In this document: one piece after another, positions 41,345 to 53,685 of the stretch
Position numbering within the stretch: the first letter of the stretch is position 1
Layout: every line of letters begins with the position of its first letter
Assembly: GCF_037042905.1 (NCBI RefSeq)
Contig: NC_087251.1
Span: 34,474,001-34,538,000, forward strand
Direction of reading: 5' to 3'
Origin: Lytechinus pictus
Taxonomy: Eukaryota
Length of the DNA: 64,000 nucleotides
Position numbers and translations under genes: made by a program
The notes under the pieces: model-generated
What the model saw: the letters and a program-made list of their open reading frames with translations, nothing else
Database searches by the model: none
What the model was told of the DNA's origin: nothing

Positions 41345-41696
41345 TACCCTATTCTGAAGTCCAGCTTAACTTAGACCATAGTCTAACTTGGAGCTGAAAT
41401 TATTGGAAGCTGAAAAATGTCTAAACTAGTAAACTTTGTTAAGATTGTATGTTTCTAACATTTTCTATGTTGTTTTCTCATGCTTCGGTGATGAAGGAAA
41501 CTATTTAAGATATTAATTCAAAACAGTTATGAATGATACGAGTGTCCAAAAGACTGATGAGGCTTTAAACGGGGAAAGGGAGAAAGGGGGGGGGGGAGGA
41601 GGCATTGTTACAAATTTGTGTAACATCTGGCTCTCCTTAGTTAAACTGCATCTTAGTCCAGAGTTTAAGTTATACTTAAGTTCATAATACGGGCCT
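41345..41696. mobile_element. degenerate Harbinger-type MITE related to 10420-10730
   Basis: ccctattctgaagtccagcttaacttaga ... gtttaagttatacttaagttcataatacgggcc. Confidence 0.6.
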
Positions 41697-41730
41697 TTGA
41701 GAAAACAACATGGTTTCTTATTCATCTTTA

Positions 41731-42031
41731 TGGCCTGTATTCTTAAGTCAGGTATAGTCTAACTCTGTACTAAAATTATGGGAAGCCAAAAAGTGTCAAA
41801 ATTTTAATTAAGTTATATGTTTCTTATGTTTACTGTGCTCTTTCTTGATTCATCGATGGTGAAGACAATCATCTATTTATACTTCCTAGACAATTGTGAA
41901 TGATTTGAGAGCCAAATGAGCAGAAATATGATATCTCTACTGTTAGTGATTTATGTAGCAATTGGCTATCCATATTTAAACCACAACTTTAAACCCGAGT
42001 TTAAGTTAAACCCGACTTCAGAATAAGGGCC
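41731..42031. mobile_element. Harbinger-type MITE, inverted copy of the 10420-10730 family
   Basis: Interior is the reverse complement of about 10480-10670 (e.g. gattcatcgatggtgaagacaatcat, atatgatatctctactgttagtgatttatgta). TTA on both sides. Confidence 0.85.
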
Positions 42032-42699
42032 TTAGTGTCTGGTTGTTTCATTCTGTCTCACTGCTCCAATTAATATCTTTCACCCCCACATTCTCTTCCA
42101 TTTCCCCCTATATCAATGAATAATTTGCTGTCTGTTGCATCTTTGTCCTTGCATTTGACATGTAATCAATCATTCAATTGCTCTGAATATATTTTCAGTA
42201 TTAATTAAATCTTATGTCCTCCCTATCTACATGATGGAATCTCACAATTCAATTCATCGTGTGGGAGTCAACATGAATGTTAATATTTTATTCATGTTTA
42301 ATGCAACTAAAGTGCTAATAGCTACAGCAGACAACTGCAAAAAGTAATTTTAGAACAAAGGATATCCATGTGTTATGTTGGCATTTTCTGTTATGTTGGC
42401 ATTTGTGCCTGTTTACATTGACAGGTTTTGAAGAGACTTGTAAAGCATTTGCCTTGTGATATTGATGAACCAAATATGTTAATTAGTTCTAAAAGACCCC
42501 TTTCCTCTTTCCCCTTTCTTCCCATCCACTTCCCCTCCTCCTCATTCCACCTCTCTCCCCCTGTGATTGAGTGGTTTCATCTTCACATTATTTTAATCTC
42601 TGTAGATCAACCCCATTACATTGATAGCTTGTATCACAATATCCCAATCATTTTCTTCCTATTGTTATCCATGTCTTCAACCCTTACCCCATCCATCAG

Positions 42700-42905
42700 A
42701 TGACACAACATTTGCTATGGTCTTTATATCTCAGAGAGCATGGGGTTAGAGTTAGGATTGTAAAAGAGTTGTTATTTTTTTGTTCAGACTAATGTAAAAA
42801 TAATGTTTAGGGTTTATTTAGTTTTGGAGGTTAGATTTTATGTTTGGCTTAATGTGCATATTTTCCATTGGAGCAATTGTCGCTGGAGCAATTGCCATGA
42901 AACCT
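42700..42905. mobile_element. probable Helentron-associated non-autonomous repeat
   Basis: acatttgct near the left end, ggttag/ttaggg-like core, and ggagcaattgtcgctggagcaattgccatgaaacc at the right end. Family assignment is from recall. Confidence 0.4.
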
Positions 42906-43294
42906 TGTTTCTTCTCCGCCTTCTCAATCCACCACTCTCTTCCAATCATAACATCTCCCCCTCCCTATCATCGTGTCAGTGAGTGGATTCATATTCACAA
43001 TTAATCTCTTTCCACTCCCCTATAGATCAACCTGATTATGCTTACCCCCTCCCACTTCACCCCTCTCTTCCATTCCTGATCCTCTTTCTTCCCCTCCCCC
43101 TCTCTCTTATCTTCCCTCTCTCTCTTCAATCAATGAGTAGATTCCTGTTCACATCCAATCTCTAGATCAACCCAATTGTTCCCACCTCTCCAATTTCACC
43201 CCCCCCCCCTCTTCCACCCCTACCCCCTTCCATTATGTGATGCCATCGTGCATGTCTCACATGTCTTCTCTATGTTCTCTCCTTCTCCCTCCAG

Positions 43295-43559
43295 AGCAAC
43301 TACACCTGTAGCTGTTGCCATGGCTACACAGGTGCTTACTGCGAGGAACTGGATGGATGTGCCAGCCACGAGTGCGTCGGGGAGGCGCAGTGCGTCGATG
43401 TTCGACAAGGTTTCGGGGGACACGACTACGAATGCCAGTGCCCTGAGGGGCGGAGTGGTGTGCGTTGTGAGGTTGAAGTGAACGAATGCCAGAGCAATCC
43501 CTGTGAGAATGGCGTATGTGTGGACAGACCCGGTACATTCCAGTGCTATTGCGTTCCAG
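43295..43559 (+). CDS. EYS: EYS-like exon C; EGF repeats 1-3
   Basis: ccttctccctccAG acceptor and G|GTATGT donor. Phase 0 in, phase 1 out. Translates SNYTCSCCHGYTGAYCEELDGCASHECVGEAQCVDVRQGFGGHDYECQCPEGRSGVRCEVEVNECQSNPCENGVCVDRPGTFQCYCVP, with clear EGF cysteine spacing. Confidence 0.93.
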
Positions 43560-43639
43560 GTATGTGTTACTTGAATACATTTATATATGCAAGCACCCAC
43601 TAAAAATGCATACTTTCTCACAAATTTGGTCAAAATGTT

Positions 43640-43782
43640 ACCATTATTTTTATTTTGTTATTATTATTATTATTGTTAATATTACTATTATTATTGTTAT
43701 TATTTATTATTATTATTGTTGTTATTATTATTATTATTATTATTATAATTATTATTATTATTTTAAATTATTGTTATTATTG
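43640..43782. repeat. (TAT)n/(TGT)n microsatellite
   Basis: Long imperfect tat/tgt run starting about 80 bp after the exon C donor. Confidence 0.9.
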
Positions 43783-43839
43783 GTATCACTAATGGGGTGA
43801 GTGCATGTACTACTACAATTAGTTTGATATAAGTAATTA

Positions 43840-44025
43840 TTTCATTTCATTTCGTTTATTTCCATTTTCAACAATTACAGTTTGTTTTGTACATTTTGAC
43901 ATATAAATAACAAAACATATTTCAAGTGTCCCTGTACAAAAATTATATTTAAGATTATTACATATCAGGTTGGAAATGGAGGAGGCTGCTAAAAAGCGGA
44001 GATTGTAGAGTGCAGCCTCCTAATA
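43840..44025 (-). mobile_element. 3' UTR/tail of a CR1/L2-clade LINE
   Basis: Hairpin ggaggctgc (43981-43989) / gcagcctcc (44012-44020). Minus strand ends AATAAAcgaaatgaaatgaaat. Confidence 0.55.
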
Positions 44026-46404
44026 AATATTCTTGTAGTTGCATAGCATATAAAAATCAAAATAACAACTTGAGTATGAACCAGTTAAATTAAAAGGAAA
44101 TAGGGGAAATTAAAATAGAAAAGGAAATAAGAAAAGAGATATTCTCCAGAAAATTTAATTGTTAGCTCTTTAAAAATTTCAAATAAGAGACAGCAAAGTT
44201 TTCTGTTAAGTATGTTTTAAAAAGTTTAGTAGAGGAAAGTTAAGTCACTCATACAACTTTCAAGCTATGGTGGTACATTTTATGACAATATTTTGCCATT
44301 CCATTGCATCGTGACGATGAATTATAACAAGATTGGTATTATGACCTCTGCCATATTTCCAGACTCCTAGCTGATTTGTCCCTTTGCTGCTCTAAATAGA
44401 TTAGTCTATGCACAGTTCATATGTTAAAGATACACCCAAGGAATATATTGTTAATAAGAGTGTGATCTTGTAACAATTGCACAATTTCAAATTCTACATT
44501 AGTCTGCGGTAAAACTTGTTTTCAAGCCTGGATCTTGACCTGAGCCCCATGACATAAAATTTTAGCAAATGATTACAAGGCTGATTCCTACAATTGATCG
44601 CATTGGCTATTTTATATGATCAGTCAAAAATATGTTCCTGAGATCAATAACTAAGCTTCACTAAGCTGGTGTTAACCGGCTGTAATTAAAATCATAATTA
44701 TGCATTTGACAAAGTTGAACATGATTTTGGAAGAGCCAATGTCAGATGACCATCTCGACAGATTGTTATCCCAATGATAAACTTTACATTGTTGTCCTCT
44801 TAATGTTATTTCTCTGTACTTTTCAACACACTGCAGTGCATGTTTGAATGGACTTACAGGCTAGAGTATAGAATTTGAATTTTAGAAAATGGAAAACTTA
44901 AGGACTTTAATATACAGTGTCAAGGAAAATGATGGATGCTTAATTCTGAACTTTGAAGGTATATAACCAAGGAGCCTCCCAGCAACAATCTTTTGCTTGA
45001 ATGCTACTATTAGATTTGTAAATTCCACACAAGTAACTCAAGCAGAAAGCCTCTTCTCTTTCCCCCGATGGTTGGTTATTACCGTCTCGACAATATTTTG
45101 TTTTTCTTTGCTTCCTAAATTAGATGAGAGTTGTCCCCAAGAAAGGTCAAGTGAATGAAAGAGATTCAGTTCCATTTTCATTTGAAGTCATCCTCGTCTT
45201 CAAAGGTTGTTTCTTGTCCACCAATTATCTCACACAAAGCAAAAAAAAATACAGTATGTCTGAAATTTGATTAGAAATATTTGACTTGACTTCTTACATT
45301 GCTAGTTTTGAGATGTTTGATAGATTGATTCTGATTTTAACTTGATTGATGACAGCAGCTTCTGACATTTTCATCAGTTATCATATTTCTGATAAAATAA
45401 ATGTTTCTCCATAAGCGTTTGGGATAAAAGTCCATATCATCTTTTGAAAATCTTTTAGTATCCAACTACAGGTTGTTTGCTTAATGTTTGTCACTTTAAG
45501 TATTCAGAACTTTCATAATGTATTACTTTTCTCCAGATTTTCTTGATTCACATTTCCTTAATGACATATTTTCATTGTGCTTTGTTCACTTTTCACTCTT
45601 GCTTTTGGATAATATCCAGTAGATTTGAATTACAATGTAGTGATAATGTGGGTAAAAGATATGGCATCACCTTTGTTGCGGTTGTGTTTAAATTTTGTAG
45701 ACTTTTAAGACTGCAAAAACAATTAAAAAGTGTATTTGATCTTTAAATCTTTTTTTTTTATTTGTGTATCAATAGTTTATCAAAAAACAGATCAAACCAT
45801 GGTTTTTACAAATAACCCAACAGTGAAAAGGAACAAAGTTACAATTAGAACATTTTAAAAAGATTAACTTTATTGGAATTTAAAAGGAAATCCAATCTTG
45901 ATATTGGTAGTATTATAAAGTGCACAGGTAATTACTTTGTCTTTGAGTAGTCCCAGAATTTATAAGATATGATCCTATTACTGCATGTTATCCCTGTAAA
46001 ATGCCTCCTGGTCAGTCCATAAAGATGGGTGAGAGTAATGGCCATAAGAGGATAATACTCATTTTTAATGGCACTTGTCAAGAAGCCTCAAACATGATAA
46101 GTTAAGTGTAATCCAATTAGTGTGTGAGCATCATCCATTGAAGTCACCCAATTACTTTCAAATGATAGAACAAAATTGATGTATCATTGCCTTGCTGACA
46201 GAAGAGCGGTAGGTTTCTCAGTATTTTCAAATTTCAGTTCTTGGTGGCTTGCACAAGGGTGTTGACTCAAGTGCACGCTCCGTGAAATGTAGTGTGTGCA
46301 ATAGGTAAAACGCCCTTCTGCTAGACCATCGGTAATGGGAATCGACATAAGCGTAAATCCTAACGCCCTTCTGCAAGCCAAGTTATCATCAACATATGGT
46401 ACTT

Positions 46405-46580
46405 CACTGTCAGAAAATTTTTAACCAATCTATATGTTGGTTCAAATATGAACCTACCAACTATTGTTTAAAACAAAACTGCATGCAAAATGAATTGGAA
46501 TATATTAACCAGAAAGTTGCTAGGTTCATATTTTAACCAATTTACCAACTTTGGGGTTGGTTAAAACAATTCTTAGGGTG
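46405..46580. mobile_element. small CAC...GTG-ended MITE
   Basis: cactgtcagaaaatttttaaccaa / ttggttaaaacaattcttagggtg, with internal inverted atatgaaccta / taggttcatat. Confidence 0.5.
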
Positions 46581-49500
46581 TGAAATCTGTCATAGTTGGG
46601 ACTTGTATCCTTGCGGTACTCATACACCTTTTGCTACATGCTGATAGAGTTCTTGAAAGGTTGTTTGCTGGAGCCACAATTATGTGCTCAAGGCGAAACC
46701 CCAGGGACCAACATGGTGTTTTGGAAATCGGTCATGTTACGGAGGCCATGATACCCATTTCACAAGCACCCTTTTATATTCTACTACATCTTCTCACAAT
46801 GACAAAGTCAAATTGGATGCTAGATTTCAAGGATTTGATAGCTGTTCGAGCAAAAAAAAGTGAGAAAGCTAGCTTCTGCTTGAGAAGCACTAGTTTGCGA
46901 TCCAATTTCACATTTTCTTTAAAACCCCATATCTGATACAGATGAATTCAGAGAGAATCAAATTTGATTTGCTCACTGTTTGGGGGGAATTAAATTAAAT
47001 TGTGTGACCTGCAAAGTTCGAACTTGAGTAATTAAGTTAAAGCTAGAGAAACTACCCAACAGTTTTTAGACAGAAAGTTCAAAGGTTTAGCAAAGGAAGA
47101 TTTTTTCCTAAATTATTTTATCAGTAATCACTAAAATCCATCATACAGTCATGATTCTCCCCCTATTGAAACAATAGGCATGATATATCCATTTTTATTT
47201 TGAGCTTGGTAAGACTGAGAAACAACTTAAGAGAGTGGCTTTTGGCATTGAAAAGGAGAATTCTATTATTTTCTATAGAAGATACAGAAAAATATATCTA
47301 TAGTGAAATCCCTTGTTATTTCATGAAACTCCCTTGTCCTGTTTCACACACTATTTCTATAGCAAGTTTACTATCAGCCAATCAGGTTGAAGGATTTCAG
47401 GAGATTTTAACTTTATTTCAAATTTGTTGTAATAAATTTAATGAAACCGGTCCCAGATGGTATACAATGTTTGTTTATGTGAGGGCACTGTTTTGACAGA
47501 GGGGTAGGGAGAAACCATCTCGAACTTCATGGACGCTACCTCAATGCCAAAGCGGCCATTGATACAGGACGGGAAAAGTGCATTCATGCATCTTCTGCAA
47601 ACTTATAATCTTGCCTCTTGGTCAATTTTTTTTTTCAAGATGCACGAGATATAGCCCATTTCAGAATTGATCACGACCAAAATGAGAACATTCAATCTGA
47701 GGGATGAAGGCAAGACGATTTGCCTTGCCCAATCAGAAAAACAATGCACTGCCATATTTTCATGAATTCAAAGTGGATGTATTTTGGGGGAATTGTGAAA
47801 AACAAGTCACAAGTTTGTTGTTGTAATGGAAATAAATTCAGGAGCTTGAATAGATTTCAAGGATGTACAGGAAGAGTGCAGTTTGGAAACTCTGCAATTG
47901 AATCATTTGTTTTTGAACATTTTCTTTTCTTCTGCTTTTGACTTACAATCCTCAGCTAGCAAGGATAAAAGTATCAAATTATTTTCTCTCACTTTCTTCG
48001 TGATGGATTTTGAGGGGCCAGAAGAAACTATATGCATTGTATCATGTATCCCTTTGGGACACGGAAAGAGGACAAAACATTACACAAAATGATATTTTCT
48101 TTCAATCGATATCATCACATTCTCTGTAATGTTACCTTGATGAGTTTCTTGGAAGGGATGGTAATGCCTAGATACTCTAAAATCTCATACTTCTCTGATA
48201 TCTATATTGCATCTATCTAACGCAAGGTACGGCTTACGAACTTCAACCCTTGCACCTCCTCCAATCCAGACAAAACCCGCAAAAAACGTGATATCAGGAG
48301 ATTTTTTTTGACAATAACATTTTGAGAGACCACGTAAGAGCTTGTTTTCAAGTGGATGTTCTGCTGCTATTCGTTGCTAATACCCTGCCAGATTTGATTT
48401 CTTTTTTCATTAGTGAGAAGAGGGATAGGGTGTTGCGTGCTTAGAAGGAGTCGTGCGCGAAATTGACTAGGACATAAGATTCAGGTAGCCAACCACATTT
48501 ATTGTAGATTTCAGAATGTGTAATGTTTTTAAATTTCAGCGCACTTGGGGTAAGGATCAAATATCAAACAGGATATGCAAAAGGGGGCTGGGGGCACTTA
48601 GGGTGGGAGTCATAATGATAAAAGTACCGGTAGTAGGAATTAATATCAAAACTTGTTGATCATAAAACCGATACTATTATTTTATTCAGCAAAACACATA
48701 CATTATGGATTGCATACTTTTTTCTATAAGACATCATAGAAGGAAGTATTAATTCTAAATGCTTGGAAAGTTATATGGATCCTATATGTTTGATGAGTAT
48801 TTCCATTGCCTTGTGTAAATTCTATATGTGAAGTTTAAGCATTTGAGTCTTTGAATTTCATGTGAGACAATTTCACTCTATTGCTCTCCTGAAAATTTAG
48901 GAAAATTATACCTAAAATCTATCAATAGCTCTTAAGGAGTATGAAAAGTATTTTTTTTTCATTTATGTTAGGCAAACTAAGTGAGATTTTCTGATCAGCC
49001 ATTGCAAATTTGCAAGGTGGGGCACATACATATGTAAGTCATGCCAACTCCTGTCTAGAAATATGAAAATGACATACAGAGGCCTCCCTATATATTACCC
49101 TGAATCTTCTCACATTCAATTTTAGGCAAATAGCATGGCTATTGCAATAATGTTCGGTGATATGTAGTTTATTGATAATGTTGTGACAGCCTGAGCATGT
49201 GATAAATATAGTTCAAGATCAACATTCAATATACACATCTCACATTCCTCTCTCACTTTTGCTTGTGCACTGTCTCTTTCTTTCTCGCAATTTCTCTTTT
49301 ACGGATATGATGTGATTTCAAGTGTGAAGAAGCAAGACAAATGTGTACCAAGTTGCAATAATCACAGTTTTATAACATTTAAAAAAAAATCTACATCTTA
49401 ATTTAATTTATTTTCATAATGCATATTTTATGCAATAAATTAGTAGGCAACTGAGAACCATATTTTTTTTCTTAAATATTTTCATTGTTTAGATGTACTT

Positions 49501-49824
49501 TATTACATTTCTTTCCGATTTTAACTAATTTTCAACTCATAGAGGGTAAAGTTATAAAGGAGATTAGTTAGATTATATACATATATAATGATAAGTACTT
49601 TAGATTGCTTTCAGTTAAAGATCTTTGAAAATCCTGAAAAATAGAACATTTGATTTAGATTGTCATTTTACATAAAATCGTGAATATTTTACTCAGATAG
49701 ACTAACACTGAAGTTATGTAGTTGCTTTTAGGCATAATGTATCAGCTGAGAGCAATGCTTTATTTTTGGTAGGAGAATGATAGAGGTAATATAGGTAAAA
49801 TGACACCATTAGAAAGAGTCCTAA

Positions 49825-52800
49825 TAGTGGACTTGTTAAGAGGTTGAACGCTGCATTTTTGAGTACAAATGTCCCACTTGGCACAAATGTTCCTTGAGTC
49901 AAAAGAAAAAGATTCATCCAAAGAGACACGCTGTATCTATGCAAATAAGCAAGTAATTTGCATAAATTTGCATATTATGTCGATATAGTAAAAACAAGTA
50001 TTTCAGAATATATATTTAACCAGAACTGCCCTAAAATTGGAAATAAAGACTCAGGGTAAGAAAGGGAAGAAAATTGTCATAAAATAATTGGGATATCCTT
50101 GTTTATTATTACCTAATTTACATAAATTATGCAAATTATAATTTAAAACAGAGTATTTTTTCATGAATCCTGAACTGCTTTTAAAAAACAGCAACTAATA
50201 CACAATGTCAACATTCTACATGAAATAGAATATATTAGCGAAAACATCGATATGCTCCATGACAGTATTAGTGTCTTAATTTGCTTAGAAAGAGGGCAAA
50301 TATGTCAAAATGTATGACGTGATATTGCGCTAAAACGAGACCAAAACAACCTCTATGTCACAGTCACACTCACGAATCGGACAATAAAGCGATCAATGGT
50401 ATGTCATTCGAGATAACACAATCTCAACACAATAGCTTCCATCGGCTTCTCGTATCGCTTTTGTTGGTGTGTCTGCCACACCGTAATCTATGATACATAC
50501 GGACAAAATGCATTTCAGTATCGGTAAAACACTATTAATTTTGTTTTATTTGTTTCTAATTTGTTTCTCTTGGAAAATTTACAGGAGACATTGCTTTGCA
50601 GGTTACTGCTTTAATGAAACTCTGGCACATGAATCATGACGAATGTATCCTACCTCAATCCATATTTTAACTTTATTAAAATATATATCTTTTTGGAGAC
50701 CCCGAGGTGGCAAAACTGCATCCCCCTGCATTCCCGCCACTTTACAAAACCAGTTTGACTTGTATAATCGACTTGGAAAAGACAGATGTATGAGACATCA
50801 GTCAACATGTTTCCTGAAGAAAGTTTTTTTTGTTTATTTAAGCCTACGCCCACGGGAGCCCTCCGAATTTACCCCATCCCTTCTCCGTATTTCGACTTTA
50901 AATAAAAAAAATATCGTGTTTTAAAACCATCGGCAAGGCAAATTGCGTTTTTTGGTATAATAAAGCAACTTTTATATCTATATTTTTATATTTACATTCA
51001 TCATTATTGATATTATTATAATTATTATTAACATTATTATTATTATTATTATTACTGTTATTATTATTATTATTATCTTTATTATTGTTCTGCCATTTGT
51101 AATAGTGCTCTAGCACAGTAAAGGCTATAACCCAACAGGAGCATGCCTAGGATACCCTCTCCCTTTTTGGTTTTATGTATTCAAAAATAGTTTATTGTCT
51201 TTAGAACTCTTAAAAAATTACTTTTGTTTGTATTGATATCTTGGAATAGATTGAGGGGAAAATACTCTACAACTGACATGTAGAGGAGCTGTGGTACATT
51301 GAAGAACAGCCACACAGCCCTTTATTGATTCCACTCTATGTTAAATTTAAATATTTTTAGAGCCCAATCGGAAAAGATGCATTTCTACTACACAAAGTAA
51401 AGCCTCTTTGCATTCTCCTCTTGAAAAAAAAAAAACATAGAAGGCATTGTTTTATATCTCATAAAATAAGTTCGTGTACGTGACGGCGGCCTGTCGAAGT
51501 GGCCCAACCGTTTATTTTGTTTCGACAATAATGTATTTAGAATATCGTCTAAATGAAACCCTCATCTGGAAAAGGGCACTTATTAAAGGCAGCATCTACA
51601 TTATATAGAGGAGGCCCTGGCAAAGGGAAGAGGGGGCTGAAGCTTGTTAAATTTTTTCGGACCAAAATTTTACATTGTAACTTTTTTGCTTTTCAAATTT
51701 GCATCAAGAAATTTAACAAGCAAATAAACAAAATGGATTGCACTACAAAATGAAGGGTTTTTTTGGTAACGTTTCTTTTTTTCGTTTTGTCACATCTGCC
51801 GGAATTCCAGGGGGTGCTGTCTATGGAGAATAACACACGCAGCACAGCCCCCCCCCCCTTTTCAGAAAAATCTTGCGGGTGCTTCAGCCCCCGCTTCCAA
51901 GTACCAGGGCCTCCTCTGTATAATGTAGATGCTGCCTTTAATAAGTGCCCTTTTCCAGATGAGGGCTTCATTAAGACGATATTCTAAATATATATTGTCA
52001 AAACAAAATAAAGGGTTGGGCAACTTCGACAGGCCACCGTCATGTACACGAACTTATTTTATGCGATATAAAACAATGCCTTCTATGTTTTTTTTTTCAA
52101 GAGGAGAAAGTAAAGAGGCTTTACTGTGTGTAGTAGAAATGTATCTTTCTTCCGAATGGACTCTAAAAATATTTAAATTTAACATAGAGTGGAATCAATA
52201 AAGGGGTATTTTAGAGCTTACGTGTGGCTTTTCTTCAATGTACCACAGCTCTTCTACATGTCAATTGTAGAGTATTTTCACCTCAATCTATTCCAAGATA
52301 TGAGTTCTAAAGACAATAAACTATTTTTGAATACATAAAACCAAAAGGGGAAAGGGTATCCTAGGCATGCTCCTGTTGGGTTATAGCCTTTACTGTGCTA
52401 GAGCATTATTACAAACTGCAAAACAACAACAATAATAATAATAATAACAATAATAATAATAATAATAATAATATTAATGATAATAATAATATTAATATAG
52501 ATAAATATGAAATATAGATATAAAAGTTGCTTTATAATACCAAAAACGCAATTTGCCTTGCCGGTGGCTTTAAAACACGATATTTTTTTTTATTTAGTGT
52601 CGAAATACAGAGAGGGGATGGGGTAAATTCGGAGGGCTCCCATGGACGTAGGCTTAAATAAAAAAAAACAAAAAACTATCTTCTGGAAACATGTTAACTG
52701 ATGTCTCATACATCTGTCTTTTCCAAGTCGATAATACAAGTCAAACTGGTTTTGTAAAGTAGCGGGAATGCCGCGGGGAATGCAGTTTTGCCACTTCGGG

Positions 52801-53685
52801 GTCTCCAAAAGATATATATTTTAACAAAGTTAAAATATGGATTGAGGTGGGGTACATTCGTCATGATTCATGTGCCAGAGCTTCATTAAAGCAGTAACCT
52901 GCAAAGCAATGTCTCCTGTAAATTTTCCAAGAGAAACAAATTAGAAACAAATAAAACAAAATTAATAGTGTTTTACCGATACCGAAATGCATTTTGCCCG
53001 TATATACCATAGATTACGGTGTGGCAGACACACCAACAAAAGCGATACGAGAAGCCGATGGAAGCTATTGTGTTGAGATTGTGTTATCTCGAATGACATA
53101 CCATTGATCGCTTTATTGTCCGATTCGTGAGTGTGACTGTGACATAGAGGTTGTTTTGGTCTCGTTTTAGCGCAATATCACGTCATACATTTTGACACAT
53201 TTGCCCTCTTTCTAAGCAAATTAAGACACTAATACTGTCATGAAGCATATCGATGTTTTCGCTAATATATTCTCTTTCATGTAGAATGTTGACATTGTGT
53301 ATTAATTGCTGTTATTTATAAAACAGTTCAGGATTCATGAAAAAATACTTTGTTTTAAATGATAATTGGCATAATTTATGTAAATTAGGTAATAATAAAC
53401 AAGGATATCCCAATTATTTTATGACAATTTTCTTCCCTTTCTTACCCTGAGTCTTTATTTCCAATTTTAGGGCAGTTCTGGTCAAAAATATATTCTGAAA
53501 TACTTGTTTTACTATATCGACATAATATGCAAATTTATGCAAATTACTTGCTTATTTGCATAGATACAGCGTGTCTCTTTGGATGAATCCTTTTCTTTTG
53601 ACTCAAGGAACATTTGTGCCAAGTGGGACATTTGTACTAAAAAATGCAGCGTTCACCCCTTTTTTTGCAGTTAACAAGTCTACTA
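49825..53685. mobile_element. 3.86-kb foldback (long-TIR) non-autonomous DNA transposon, Academ-like
   Basis: Left arm 49825-51643 and right arm 51881-53685 are reverse complements with scattered substitutions and indels, separated by a 237-bp spacer. Ends TAGTGGACTTGTTAA / TTAACAAGTCTACTA. TAA on both sides (49822-49824, 53686-53688). No transposase ORF. Confidence 0.9.

Noticed and set aside
41555..41580. CTGATGA...GAAA as a canonical hammerhead
   Set aside because: The intervening bases do not form stem II, and no stem I or III is evident.
43176..43800. Overlapping ORFs around exon C, including a poly-Tyr/Ile ORF
   Set aside because: These are alternative or antisense frames of the EGF exon, plus translation of a (TAT)n microsatellite.
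51553..51971. Paired ORFs starting MKPSSGKGHLLKAAS on opposite strands
   Set aside because: They are mirror products of the inverted arms, short, with no recognisable domain.
49825..53685. Assembly fold-back artefact
   Set aside because: The arms differ by substitutions and indels, there is a unique spacer and a 3-bp TSD, and unique sequence resumes on both sides.
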